Below, in pieces: positions 10,054-20,060 of a DNA stretch of 61,220 nt (position 1 is its first letter; every line of letters begins with the position of its first letter). The notes beneath the pieces were generated by a model. That model saw only the letters and a program-made list of their open reading frames with translations, was not told where the DNA came from and did not search any database. This DNA comes from an uncultured Campylobacter sp. (GTDB lineage: Bacteria > Campylobacterota > Campylobacteria > Campylobacterales > Campylobacteraceae), in contig CAUQCZ010000001.1 in the NCBI GenBank assembly GCA_963516335.1, positions 1 through 61,220 on the forward strand, written 5' to 3'. The translations under genes were made by a program, and so were the position numbers.

Positions 10054-11152
10054 AAATTTTATCGATTACGCAGTTACGCTGCTCTATAAAGACCGCGCCG
10101 ATCACGCTTTTAGCTTTTTTATCTTCGCTTTTATCGTGTTTATCTTAAGCGCGGTTCTTTTCGTCTCAAGCTCCATCCAAAGCGACCTTACGAATTTGAC
10201 CCGCTCAAAGCCCGAAGTCGTCGTCGAAGCTCTGCGCGCGGGCAAACGCGACCTCATGCACGACGGCTACATCTACGACGTCTCAAAGATCGCGGGCGTA
10301 GCTAGCGTAGAGGGCGCGGTCGAGGGAGAGTATTATTTCGCGCAAAAAAGAGTTTGGTTTCACATCGTCGGCGATGAAAATTTGGACGAAAACGAGATGA
10401 TCGTGGGCGAAGGCGTGAAAAAAGAGATGGCGGAGCTTTATTACGAGGATGTTTTTAACTTTTTAACCGAGCAAAAGTTGATCCCGATAAAGATCAACAA
10501 AACCGCGCCGCATGAAACGGGTATCGTCTCAAACGACGTCATCTATATGAATCCGGCCACCGCGCGCGAAGTGCTAAGCCTAAAAGAGGGCGAATACACG
10601 AGACTCTACGTAGAGGTGCCAAACGTCAACGAGATCAGCGAAGTAGCGCTAAAGATCCAAAACGTCTATCCAAACACCGAGGTTACGAGCATCGAGGACG
10701 CAGTAGCCAAAATAAGGCACCTTTACTACTACAAAGGCGGCATTTTCATGGTGCTTTACGTCGTGGCGATGGTTTCGTTTTTCATCCTGCTGAAAAATCA
10801 AATTTCGCTCGCTTACGGCGAGAAAAAAAAGGAGATCGCGATATTGCGCAGTATCGGCTTTAGCGTGAGGAATATCATCGCGCTTAAATTTATCCAAAAC
10901 ATCGTCGTTTCTTTTAGCGCCTATTTGCTAGGCGTTGCGGGAGCGTATATATACGTGTTTTTATTTGGCGCGCCGTTTTTACGCGATATATTTTTAGGCA
11001 GCGAGGTGGCGAATTTTACCGATTTCACGCCGATCATCGACTTTAATATGCTGTTTTTGATCTTTGTTTTTAGCGTGATTCCATTTTTGGCATTCGTCAT
11101 CATCCCGTCGTGGCGCATAGCCGTTAGCGACATGAGCGAGGCGGTAAAATGA
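10037..11152 (+). CDS. ABC transporter permease, FtsX/MacB/LolE family
   Basis: TM1, a periplasmic domain, then 3 TM helices; EKKKEIAILRSIG motif. True start may be ATG 10043. Confidence 0.85.
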   Translation: MSMPSKNFIDYAVTLLYKDRADHAFSFFIFAFIVFILSAVLFVSSSIQSDLTNLTRSKPEVVVEALRAGKRDLMHDGYIYDVSKIAGVASVEGAVEGEYYFAQKRVWFHIVGDENLDENEMIVGEGVKKEMAELYYEDVFNFLTEQKLIPIKINKTAPHETGIVSNDVIYMNPATAREVLSLKEGEYTRLYVEVPNVNEISEVALKIQNVYPNTEVTSIEDAVAKIRHLYYYKGGIFMVLYVVAMVSFFILLKNQISLAYGEKKKEIAILRSIGFSVRNIIALKFIQNIVVSFSAYLLGVAGAYIYVFLFGAPFLRDIFLGSEVANFTDFTPIIDFNMLFLIFVFSVIPFLAFVIIPSWRIAVSDMSEAVK

Positions 11153-11823
11153 ACGCGATAGAAGTAAAAAATCTCTGTAAAATTTACAATCAAAACAAAC
11201 CCAACGAATTTCATGCGCTAAAAAATATAAATTTGACGGTAAAAAGCGGCGACCTAGTCATCCTAAAAGGCGTCAGCGGTAGCGGCAAAAGCACGCTACT
11301 AGGAATACTCGGCGCACTTAGCAAACCAAGCAGCGGAGAAGCGCTGATCAACGGTCGCAACGTCTCAAAACTACCAGACATCATGAGCTCAAATTTTAGA
11401 CATAGCGAGGTTGGGTTTATATTTCAGTCGTTTAACCTGATCGAGGGCCTTAGCGTCTATCAAAACGTACTAGCGCCGCTAAGCCTAACAAGCCTTAAAA
11501 AAGCCGAGCTAAATTCGCAAATCGATCGCGCGCTAAATCTTGCCAACATCGCGCACAAAAAAGATCAAATCATCTCAAAACTAAGCGGCGGCGAGAAGCA
11601 GCGATGCGCGATAGCAAGGGCTCTAGCGATGGATCCTAGCGTTATACTAGCCGATGAGCCGACGGCAAATTTGGACAAACAAAACTCGCTCATCTTCATA
11701 GAAATGCTGAAAAAATTTAAGGAGCTGAAAAAGACCGTCGTCGTCGCCACGCACGACATTTTGTTTGACGATCTGGACTTCGTGGACGGCTACGTGAGGA
11801 TGCAGGACGGAGAGATGCTGTGA
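11149..11823 (+). CDS. ABC transporter ATP-binding protein (LolD/MacB-like)
   Basis: Walker A GVSGSGKS, LSGGEKQR, ILADEPTANLD, VATHD. Confidence 0.95.
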   Translation: MNAIEVKNLCKIYNQNKPNEFHALKNINLTVKSGDLVILKGVSGSGKSTLLGILGALSKPSSGEALINGRNVSKLPDIMSSNFRHSEVGFIFQSFNLIEGLSVYQNVLAPLSLTSLKKAELNSQIDRALNLANIAHKKDQIISKLSGGEKQRCAIARALAMDPSVILADEPTANLDKQNSLIFIEMLKKFKELKKTVVVATHDILFDDLDFVDGYVRMQDGEML

Positions 11824-12773
11824 GCGTATTTTTATCCGACGTTGTCATAGCGTTTTTGCTGATCGAGCTCATTATCATCGTATTGATGGGCATTTCGCAG
11901 TATTTCGTCGTGCGCATCATGCGGCTGTGGGACTTTAACTCGACGTCAAATTTACAATACGACCTTGAAAAACGCAACTACCTCGTAAATACGATTTTGT
12001 TTTTCGCCGTAGTTTGCAAGATCGTTTTGTTCGTATTTTTCGCGCTATCTCTAAACGAGCTAGCAGACGTAGTGCCGGGCGCCATGTGCTCGGCGGGCGT
12101 CATCGGATCAAATCAATTTGGCGGCATTTTGCTACTGCTAAAACTGCTACTCATCTTTGGCTTTGGACTGTGGCTCATCATAAATTCGCTTGATTTAAAG
12201 GCGACGAATTTTCCGTATTTAAAGCGAAAATACGTCATCTTTACCGCGCTTTTCATCGGCGTTTTGGTCGAATTTGCTACTGAGACTTTGTTTTTTAGCA
12301 ACGTACCCTTAAAGGTGCCCGTCTTTTGCTGCTCGGTCGTGTTTCAGGCGCCAAAACTACCGTTTGGCTACACGAAGTTAAATTTGGTCGTCTTTTACTA
12401 CGCCGTTTTTGCGGTCATTTTGACGCTAAATTTGCTCAAACAGACGATGGCGAGCTTTGTTTGCAACCTGCTGTTTTTATTTATCGCATACTACGCGATT
12501 ACTTATTTTTTCGGGCTTTACGTCTACGAACAGCCAAATCACAAATGCCCGTACTGCATGCTAAAAGGCGAGTATTTTTACGTCGGTTACCTAATCTGGG
12601 GTTCGCTGTTTTTGGGTATATTCTACGGTATATCGGCATTTTTGGTCGAGCTAATCGTGAAAAAACCTTACGAGCATTTGCTCAAAATTTCCTCTTTTTG
12701 GCTGATCGTAAATGCTCTTGTTTGCAGCTTTTTCATCGCTAAATACTACCTTTTGCGAGGAGTTTTATTATGA
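11820..12773 (+). CDS. Polytopic membrane protein with clustered Cys/His motifs, function unknown
   Basis: About 8 hydrophobic segments; loop motifs PGAMC, FCCS and NHKCPYCML; 4-bp overlaps with both neighbours. Confidence 0.8.
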   Translation: MSVFLSDVVIAFLLIELIIIVLMGISQYFVVRIMRLWDFNSTSNLQYDLEKRNYLVNTILFFAVVCKIVLFVFFALSLNELADVVPGAMCSAGVIGSNQFGGILLLLKLLLIFGFGLWLIINSLDLKATNFPYLKRKYVIFTALFIGVLVEFATETLFFSNVPLKVPVFCCSVVFQAPKLPFGYTKLNLVVFYYAVFAVILTLNLLKQTMASFVCNLLFLFIAYYAITYFFGLYVYEQPNHKCPYCMLKGEYFYVGYLIWGSLFLGIFYGISAFLVELIVKKPYEHLLKISSFWLIVNALVCSFFIAKYYLLRGVLL

Positions 12774-13279
12774 TAAGGCAAATTTTCGCCGCCGTGCTAC
12801 TCATCGGCGTGGTGGCGCTGCTCGCGTTTTCAGTGGATACTAGCGAGGGTAAAATCGTCGTTCGCCACGGTAACGTAGAAAAAAAGCCGCTAGAAATCGA
12901 GCTAAACAAATATCTCTGTTTTGAAAGCAAGGTGCTGATCAGCGACCTAAACAACACGGCTCAGGCGGTGATGCCAAACGGCGATACGTACTTTTTCTAC
13001 GACATCTCAAACTCGTTTACGTGGCTCATGCGGCAAAAAAATAAAGACGACGTCGTGCTGTGGGTGTATTCGCAAGATACAAGCCGCTATATCCTAGCTA
13101 AAGACGCCTGGTACTCGCGCGTGGATATCACTCCGATGGGATACGGCATCGGCGCGTACGAATACCACGTTTACGGCATTAACGATAACTATTTCGAGGA
13201 CGTTTTGCTCTATGCCGCACGCGGCGAAACGCTGATAAATCCGCTCATTTTTATCTTGCTTTCGGAGAATAAAATTTAG
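12770..13279 (+). CDS. Divergent NosL-like membrane-anchored protein
   Basis: N-terminal anchor; C-x-x-S in place of CxxC, then TYFFYDI, AKDAWY and TPMGYGIGAY, matching the NosL pattern. Confidence 0.65.
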   Translation: MIRQIFAAVLLIGVVALLAFSVDTSEGKIVVRHGNVEKKPLEIELNKYLCFESKVLISDLNNTAQAVMPNGDTYFFYDISNSFTWLMRQKNKDDVVLWVYSQDTSRYILAKDAWYSRVDITPMGYGIGAYEYHVYGINDNYFEDVLLYAARGETLINPLIFILLSENKI

Positions 13280-13626
13280 CTTTTAGAGCCTGTTTGTTTT
13301 ATTCTCCTAAAAGCTCAAAACGTCTTTAGTTATCTCTACAAAGGTAAAACTGGTTAAAAATCAATCTGTTGGGTTAAATTTGACGGATTTTATTTTAAAT
13401 TTGGCTACACTTTAGTACTTTGAAAGCAACGAAATGTTTCATAAAAATCAAATTTAGCTAAGATGTGAACTTTCTAAAACGCAAATATATCCTCTATATA
13501 TAGCTAAAATTTAGTGGAATATAGCATAATTAAGCTCTCATCGCCTCTACGTTCGTAGCCTATAAATTGCGTTTTTTAGGTGGTAGCAAATTTGCCGCTA
13601 CAAGAGATGTCTAATTAACGACAAAG

Positions 13627-13660
13627 GGGGCTATTTTATCTTTGTCGATTAAATAGCCCC
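13627..13660. terminator. Hairpin between convergent transcription units
   Basis: GGGGCTATTT ... AAATAGCCCC inverted repeat. Confidence 0.55.
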
Positions 13661-13802
13661 TATATTTTCCGCAAAAATACCTTAAAATCTCTCTAAATTT
13701 CTTTTACGAAATTCAGGAACGGACTATATATTTATTTTTCATAAGTAGAATCATAGTTAAAAACTCCTTTGGCATTTTTAACTTATCTTGAGCCTATTAC
13801 AA

Positions 13803-14450
13803 CTAATTTTTATTATTCTTTATTTCATCTTTTAATGCCATAACTTGCTTTTCTAAACTTGCTATCTTTTTTTCTTTTGGTGTTAAAATATCTATTGCTA
13901 ATGCGATGCATAAAATTATAATAAATAGCACACCCAATGATGACATCATAAAAGTTAATTCATAGTATTTGTCAAAAAACTTTTGTTTTTTCTGAGCCAA
14001 TGAGCTATCTGATGATATGTATGGATCGTTTTCTAGATATGGAGTATCTGTGTCTATGCAAGAAAGTCCTGTAAATTTTATTTGAATTTTAGCCTTTTCT
14101 TTTTGTCTAAGCTCTAAAATTCTAATAAAATCGTCTCTTGTTTTATTAAAGTCAATATTTTTAATGTTGCTATTTAGTTCAATACTATCTAATAAGCCCT
14201 GATGTATACCCGTAAATTTAACTTGAATATTTTTCTCATTAAAATTAGAATTATTTTCTATATTTAAATTTATCAATGTTGTGCATTGTTTATACTCGTA
14301 GTTGTTGCTTATCTTAACTGATTCATAGTTGGCAGATTTTATTTGATATTCTAAGTTTCCTTCACTATACTTTGATATAGCAATATTCGCAAAAAAAGAT
14401 GCAATAATTGTACCTACAATAGTTATAGGTATATGTAAAAAATTTTTCAA
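13803..14450 (-). CDS. AT-rich hypothetical membrane protein
   Basis: 215-aa ORF with N- and C-terminal TM segments; much more AT-rich than its flanks; starts 8 nt after the rluB stop. Confidence 0.7.
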   Translation of the reverse strand: MKNFLHIPITIVGTIIASFFANIAISKYSEGNLEYQIKSANYESVKISNNYEYKQCTTLINLNIENNSNFNEKNIQVKFTGIHQGLLDSIELNSNIKNIDFNKTRDDFIRILELRQKEKAKIQIKFTGLSCIDTDTPYLENDPYISSDSSLAQKKQKFFDKYYELTFMMSSLGVLFIIILCIALAIDILTPKEKKIASLEKQVMALKDEIKNNKN

Positions 14451-14458
14451 ATTTATCC

Positions 14459-15232
14459 TTAATAATAAATTTTATTAATCTTCAAAAAATCCCTCAGCGC
14501 TTCATATTCGCCGTTTTCAAAGTATCGCCATTTGCCGGGCTTTAGCATACCAAGATCTACGCGCCCGAAACTAACGCGTTTTAGATCCATCACCTCAAGG
14601 TCGAAATAGCCAAAAAAGCGGCGTAGCTCACGGTTTTGTCCCTCGTTTATCACGACTTTTAGCTTTGTAAAACCGCCGCTTGAGCCGAAAATTTTATAGT
14701 CTAAAAACGGCTTAAATTCCATCGATTTTATCGCGGTTTTAGCATGCGCGCCCTTGGTAGCGTCCGCGGCAAAAAAACCCTCGTTCATCGCCGTTATAAC
14801 CTCAGGCGTTATCTCGCCTTTTACCTTTAGATAGTATTCGCGCTCTACATCGCTGTTAATAAGCGCAGTTGCGATCGCCGGGGCGTCCGTTAGTAAAAGT
14901 AGTCCTTCGCTAGCATAATCTAGTCGCCCGATACTAACAAATTTAGCAAACTGCCGGTCCAAACTATCATAGATCGTTTTGCGTCCGCGGTCGTCCTTTT
15001 TACTAACCAGCTCGCCTGTTTGTTTGTGATAAACGATCACCGTAAATTCTTTTTTTAGCCGCACGGGACGGCCGTTTATCTTTACTTTATCCTCATCGCT
15101 AACGCTAGTAGCCAGCTCGCTAACGACGCGGCCGTTTACGCTAACTTTGCCCTGCTTTATGAGCTCGTCGGCCTCTCTGCGCGAATAACTCGTGTTATGC
15201 GATATAAATTTATTTAGTCTGTTTTTTTGCAT
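14459..15232 (-). CDS. rluB: rRNA pseudouridine synthase, RsuA/RluB family
   Basis: S4 domain (SRREADELI), GRLDYASEGLLLLT, EGQNRELRR. Confidence 0.85.
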   Translation of the reverse strand: MQKNRLNKFISHNTSYSRREADELIKQGKVSVNGRVVSELATSVSDEDKVKINGRPVRLKKEFTVIVYHKQTGELVSKKDDRGRKTIYDSLDRQFAKFVSIGRLDYASEGLLLLTDAPAIATALINSDVEREYYLKVKGEITPEVITAMNEGFFAADATKGAHAKTAIKSMEFKPFLDYKIFGSSGGFTKLKVVINEGQNRELRRFFGYFDLEVMDLKRVSFGRVDLGMLKPGKWRYFENGEYEALRDFLKINKIYY

Positions 15233-15233
15233 T

Positions 15234-16193
15234 TTATAGTCCTAAATTTGCAAGGTCGTGGATGTGCAGAACGCCTACTGGCACGCCGTTTTCCACGACG
15301 GCTAGGAGTTGGATCTTGTACCGCTCGATAAGCGCTAACGCATCGATCGCTAACATCTCTTTATCGTTTAGCTCTTTTGGTTTTAGCGTCGCGTATTTGA
15401 TCGCAGCATCGTTTAGATCAAAATCCCCTCTCATCAGCGCGCGCCTAAGGTCTCCGTCGCTCAAAATAGCGTCTAAAACACCGTCTTTATCCACGATAAG
15501 GACGGTGCCGAGTTTGCCGTGTGTCATCGTATCGATCGCTTGCTTTAGGCTCGCATTCCAGCGAACTATCGGTAAATTTTCGCTTCTCATCACATCTTTT
15601 ACTTTTAAAAATAGCCGCTTGCCAAGGCTGCCGCCGGGATGAAAATTTGCAAAATCCTCTTTTTTAAATCCGCGCTTTTGCATCAGACAAACGGCTAACG
15701 CGTCGCCCAAGGCTAACGTTAGCGTCGTCGAGCTAGTCGGTGCAGCGTCCAGCGGGCAGGCCTCCTTACTAACGTCAAGCTTCACAAAGGCATCGCTAAA
15801 TTTACTCAGCGTGCTAAATTTATCCTTCGCCATCGCAACTATCGGTACGCCGAAACGCTGCACGTGAGGCAGGATTTTGGTTAACTCCTCGCTCTCGCCG
15901 CTAAAGCTGATAGCTAGCAGCGTATCGTCCTTGCCGATCATACCCAGATCGCCGTGCATCGCCTCGGTCGGATGCATGAAAAAGCTAGGCGTGCCGGTAC
16001 TAGCAAGCGTAGCGGCGATCTTGGCGCCGACGTGTCCGCTCTTGCCCACGCCCGTGACTACGACTTTGCCTTTGGTCTTGTATAAAACCTCAACCGCTTT
16101 TTCAAATTCGCCGTCTAAAATCTCGGCATTTCTCGTTAGCTCGTTAGCTTCTGTTTTTAGTACGTTAGCGGCTATTTTGATTGTATCGCTCAT
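15234..16193 (-). CDS. kdsD: Arabinose-5-phosphate isomerase (KpsF/GutQ family, SIS plus CBS domains)
   Basis: GVGKSGHVG, EAMHGDLG, APTSSTT, FHPGGSLG. Confidence 0.92.
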   Translation of the reverse strand: MSDTIKIAANVLKTEANELTRNAEILDGEFEKAVEVLYKTKGKVVVTGVGKSGHVGAKIAATLASTGTPSFFMHPTEAMHGDLGMIGKDDTLLAISFSGESEELTKILPHVQRFGVPIVAMAKDKFSTLSKFSDAFVKLDVSKEACPLDAAPTSSTTLTLALGDALAVCLMQKRGFKKEDFANFHPGGSLGKRLFLKVKDVMRSENLPIVRWNASLKQAIDTMTHGKLGTVLIVDKDGVLDAILSDGDLRRALMRGDFDLNDAAIKYATLKPKELNDKEMLAIDALALIERYKIQLLAVVENGVPVGVLHIHDLANLGL

Positions 16194-16202
16194 TTTGCAC
16201 CC

Positions 16203-18353
16203 TTACATCAGGTATATGATCGGCACGATGGTCGGATACTTTTTGACTTTTCTAAAGATATGCTTGCGGATGACCTGGCGCACCTGCCCCTCGAGCATCC
16301 TACCGTCTTTCAAAAGCTCCTCTTTGACGTTGCTTAGATACTGCTCCAGCACGCCCTCCATCTCTTTTCTAAACTCGCCGTCTTGCTTATCGCCAACCAG
16401 ACCGTAGCTGATGACGCGAGGCTTGTTGATGAGCTTAGCGCCGTGGCGGGAAATTTGCGCGATGATCATCACGACGCCGGCTTCAGCCAAATTTTGCCTA
16501 TCGATCACGACGTCGTCTGAAATTTGCTTGTTGATTTGGTTATCGATAAATACCTTGCCCGTTTTTACGGTCTTGGCGCGTTTCATGTATTTTTGGCAAA
16601 TTTCTATCTGATCGCCGTCGCTCATCAGATAGATGTTTCGCTCGTCCACGCCGCAGGCTACGGCCGTTTCTTTATGCTTTGCGATGTGGTTGTACTCGCC
16701 GTGGACCGGGAGGAAAAATTTAGGTTTTATTAGGCGTAGCATCAGTTTTTGCTCCTCTTGCGCCGCGTGGCCGCTCACGTGTATCTCGCTAAAGTCCTGA
16801 TACGCGACGCTAGCACCTGATTTGATGAGGAAATTTAGCACCGTAGAGACACTGCTTTCGTTGCCGGGGATTGCCTTTGAGCTGATGATGATCTGATCGG
16901 TCGGCTTTATCTTTATATATTTGTGCTCGTCGGTAGCCATTCGGTATAGCGCGCTCATCGTCTCGCCCTGAGAGCCAGTGGTGACGATCAGCACTTCGTT
17001 ATCTTTAAATTTACCGACCTCGTTAGCGTCGATAAAAATTTTCTTATCGAGTTTGATGTAGCCAAGCTCCATCGCCGTGTAGAGGTTGCGCTCCATGCTG
17101 CGGCCGATGACGCAGACCTTGCGGTTGTATTTTAGTCCCCAGTCGATCGCCTGATAGACGCGGTGGATGTTGGAGCTAAACGTGCTCATTATCACGCGGC
17201 CTTTAGCTTTAGAAAATATCGCGTCAAAGGTCTTACCCACGCTGCTTTCGCTTTTAGTAAAGCCCTCTCTATAGCTGTTCGTGCTATCGCTCATGAGGCA
17301 CAGTACGCCGCGCTCGCCGTAGTATGCGAGTCTGCCAAGGTCTGTTGGGTAGCCGTCGATCGGCGTGTGATCAATCTTAAAGTCGCCCGTGTGGATGATA
17401 GTGCCAGCCTTTGTCGTGATGGCTAGTGCGCTAGCGTCGATGATAGAGTGAGTGATATGTATCCACTCGACCTCAAAATCCCCTATCAAATACGGCTTGC
17501 GCTTTTCGACCGAGCGGAAAAGCGAACGCTCCTGCTTTAGCCCGTGCTCTTCAAATTTGTTATTTATCATACCGAGCGGCAAGGGCGTAGCATAAATCGG
17601 AAATTTAAACTCTTTATAAAAGTAGGGCACCGCGCCGATGTGATCCTCGTGTGCGTGCGTGATGACGACGCCTTTTATCTTGTCTTTTATCTTGCGTACG
17701 TAGTCAAAGTCGGGGATCAGGATATCCACGCCGTGCATGCTCTCGCTAGGAAAGCTCATACCGATATCTACGATGATCGCGCTCGTGTCGGTCTCAAATA
17801 TCGTCATATTTCCGCCGATCTCGCCCAGTCCGCCAAGAGGCGTGACGCGGATCCTGTGATCGGTCGAGTTTAGGTATTTCATCGGCTCGAGGCGTAGTTC
17901 ATGGACGGCCTTGTTCGCCTCCATAGACGCGGCGATATCTTGCTGCCACTGCTCGTTTCCGCTTAGCTTGGCGGGTAAATTTTTCTTCGGCTTTCGCTGT
18001 TTTTTAGGCTTAGCTTCTGCTGTTTGATTTTCGGCGTTAGCGGCCTGCTTGTTAGCGTTTTTATTTTCGCCTTGCGCGCCGTTTTGGGAGTTTTGTTTGT
18101 TATTTTTGCTGCGATTTTTCTTGCCGTTTTGTTTGTTAGCGTTAGTTTGCTCGCCGTTTTGAGCGTGCTGTTCGCCGCCGTCAAAAGGCTCTAAAAAGAA
18201 ATTATCTATCACGCTTTGACTGGCTTTTTGCTCGCCGTTTTGCGCGTGTTGATCTAAATTTTCTTGTTTATTTTTATTTCTCGGGCGAAATCTGCGTTTT
18301 TTATTGCTCTTGCCCTGAGAAACCACCGCTTTTTCTTCGTTCTTGTCGTTCAT
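16203..18353 (-). CDS. rnj: Ribonuclease J with a long N/Q/K-rich N-terminal extension
   Basis: PLGGLGEIGGN, THAHEDHIG, HTGDFK, IHVSGHA, PVHGE. Confidence 0.95.
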   Translation of the reverse strand: MNDKNEEKAVVSQGKSNKKRRFRPRNKNKQENLDQHAQNGEQKASQSVIDNFFLEPFDGGEQHAQNGEQTNANKQNGKKNRSKNNKQNSQNGAQGENKNANKQAANAENQTAEAKPKKQRKPKKNLPAKLSGNEQWQQDIAASMEANKAVHELRLEPMKYLNSTDHRIRVTPLGGLGEIGGNMTIFETDTSAIIVDIGMSFPSESMHGVDILIPDFDYVRKIKDKIKGVVITHAHEDHIGAVPYFYKEFKFPIYATPLPLGMINNKFEEHGLKQERSLFRSVEKRKPYLIGDFEVEWIHITHSIIDASALAITTKAGTIIHTGDFKIDHTPIDGYPTDLGRLAYYGERGVLCLMSDSTNSYREGFTKSESSVGKTFDAIFSKAKGRVIMSTFSSNIHRVYQAIDWGLKYNRKVCVIGRSMERNLYTAMELGYIKLDKKIFIDANEVGKFKDNEVLIVTTGSQGETMSALYRMATDEHKYIKIKPTDQIIISSKAIPGNESSVSTVLNFLIKSGASVAYQDFSEIHVSGHAAQEEQKLMLRLIKPKFFLPVHGEYNHIAKHKETAVACGVDERNIYLMSDGDQIEICQKYMKRAKTVKTGKVFIDNQINKQISDDVVIDRQNLAEAGVVMIIAQISRHGAKLINKPRVISYGLVGDKQDGEFRKEMEGVLEQYLSNVKEELLKDGRMLEGQVRQVIRKHIFRKVKKYPTIVPIIYLM

Positions 18354-19164
18354 TATCTTCCTTTAAATTTTTAAATATTTCTAGATAAAGATCGACATTT
18401 AGTTCGTGCGGACGGATGTTTGCGCTCAAATTTAGCAGACTGAAAATTCGCTCTATCTCAAGCTTTTTATAGCTTGAACTCAAATTTTTCATTAGCGTTT
18501 TTCTAGGCGCGCTAAAGGCGATTTTGAGGTAAGTTTTAAATTTTTCGTATTCAAATTTACTCTCAAATACTCCGGTTTCGCCTATTAAATTTTTACTTTT
18601 TTGCAGTTTTATAACCGAAGAAGTTACCTTCGGCGGCGGGTTAAAGCAGCTCGCATCCACGTCAAAAAGCAGCTTGCAGCCGCCTTGAAGCGAGGCCAAA
18701 ATCGCCAAAGAGCTAAAATCCCTATCGCCGCCTTTTGCGCTAAATTTGAGCGCGACTTCCTTTTGTATCATCACGACCAGACCGCGACATTTCTCGTCTT
18801 CGATCGCATTTAAGATCATCTTCGTAGCGACGTAGTAGGGCAGGTTTGCCGCTAAAAAATACGGCTCATCGCTTAGGCCGTCTTCGCTCCACTGATCCAG
18901 CGCGTCTTTGCAAAAAAGTTTCAATCGTCCGTTTTGAATTTCGTTTGCGAATTTTTTCTGTAGCAGCGCAAAAAGCTCGGTATCTATCTCATAGCTAGTT
19001 ACGCCGCAAATTCGCAAAATTCTAAATGTCAAATCACCTAAGCCAGGCCCAATTTCAACGATATTTTGCGTATCTTTGGGAATCGCTTGGATGATTTTGT
19101 TTAGCGTCGCTTCGTCGTGTAAAAAATTTTGCCCGAAGCATTTTTTTGCTTTAATATTTTCCAT
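18301..19164 (-). CDS. rsmA: 16S rRNA dimethyltransferase KsgA
   Basis: GQNFL, EIGPGLG, ANLPYY, FNPPPKVTS; start moved to ATG 19164 (MENIKAKK). Confidence 0.92.
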   Translation of the reverse strand: MENIKAKKCFGQNFLHDEATLNKIIQAIPKDTQNIVEIGPGLGDLTFRILRICGVTSYEIDTELFALLQKKFANEIQNGRLKLFCKDALDQWSEDGLSDEPYFLAANLPYYVATKMILNAIEDEKCRGLVVMIQKEVALKFSAKGGDRDFSSLAILASLQGGCKLLFDVDASCFNPPPKVTSSVIKLQKSKNLIGETGVFESKFEYEKFKTYLKIAFSAPRKTLMKNLSSSYKKLEIERIFSLLNLSANIRPHELNVDLYLEIFKNLKEDNERQERRKSGGFSGQEQ

Positions 19165-19267
19165 TTTTTTCCTAAATTTCGCCGATTTTACCCAAAAATA
19201 TCTTATGTAATGATTAGATAAGTCAAATTTAGCTAAAATAAAGCCAAATTTTAGCCAAAGAAGAGCG

Positions 19268-20023
19268 ATGAACCATTTTGCAAAACGCATAATCCCGTGC
19301 CTTGACGTCAAAGACGGACGCGTGGTAAAGGGCGTAAATTTCGTAGGTCTAGTGGATGCGGGCGATCCAGTCGAGATAGCCAAACGCTACAACGAGGAGG
19401 GCGCGGACGAGCTGTGCTTCCTTGACATCACGGCGTCGCACCTAGGGCGAGATACGATCGTGGACGTCGTAGAGCGAGTCGCACGCGAGCTTTTTATCCC
19501 GCTGACCGTTGGCGGCGGCATACGCACGATCGATGATATATGGCGCTTACTAAACGTCGGTTGCGACAAAATAAGTCTTAACTCGGCCGCGATCAAAAAT
19601 CCGAATTTGATAGACGAAGCGGCAAACAAATTCGGCTCGCAGTGCGTCGTAATTGCGATCGACGCAAAAAGAACGGGCGAGAGTTATAGCGTTTTTATAA
19701 ACGGCGGTAGGCTGGATACCGGCAAAGATGCGCTTGCTTGGGCAAAAGAGGCGCAGGAGCGCGGCGCGGGCGAAATTTTGCTCACGTCGATGGACTGCGA
19801 CGGCGTTAAAAACGGCTTTGAGTTAAATTTGACGCGGATTTTTAGTGCGCTTGATATCCCCGTGATCGCAAGCGGCGGTGCAGGCAAAATGGAACACTTT
19901 AAGGACGCATTTTTAGCGGGCGCCGACGCATGCCTAGCGGCGTCGATTTTTCACTTTAGAGAGATCGAGATTAAGGCGCTTAAAACATATCTCAGACAAA
20001 ACGGCATCGAGGTCAGACTGTGA
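19268..20023 (+). CDS. hisF: Imidazole glycerol phosphate synthase cyclase subunit
   Basis: [34 protein letters not shown]. Confidence 0.97.
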   Translation: MNHFAKRIIPCLDVKDGRVVKGVNFVGLVDAGDPVEIAKRYNEEGADELCFLDITASHLGRDTIVDVVERVARELFIPLTVGGGIRTIDDIWRLLNVGCDKISLNSAAIKNPNLIDEAANKFGSQCVVIAIDAKRTGESYSVFINGGRLDTGKDALAWAKEAQERGAGEILLTSMDCDGVKNGFELNLTRIFSALDIPVIASGGAGKMEHFKDAFLAGADACLAASIFHFREIEIKALKTYLRQNGIEVRL

Positions 20024-20060
20024 AATTTGAGCTCAAATTTAGCGCGAAAAAGGATAGGGC

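Noticed and set aside
15262..17873. Antisense and overlapping ORFs in the track (for example 15877..16407 and 17544..17873, and similar ones elsewhere)
   Set aside because: They are shadows of well-supported genes and have no RBS or motifs.
18140..18260. QHAQNGEQ duplication in the RNase J N-terminus
   Set aside because: A short repeat in a low-complexity extension; N-terminal extensions are known in epsilonproteobacterial RNase J.
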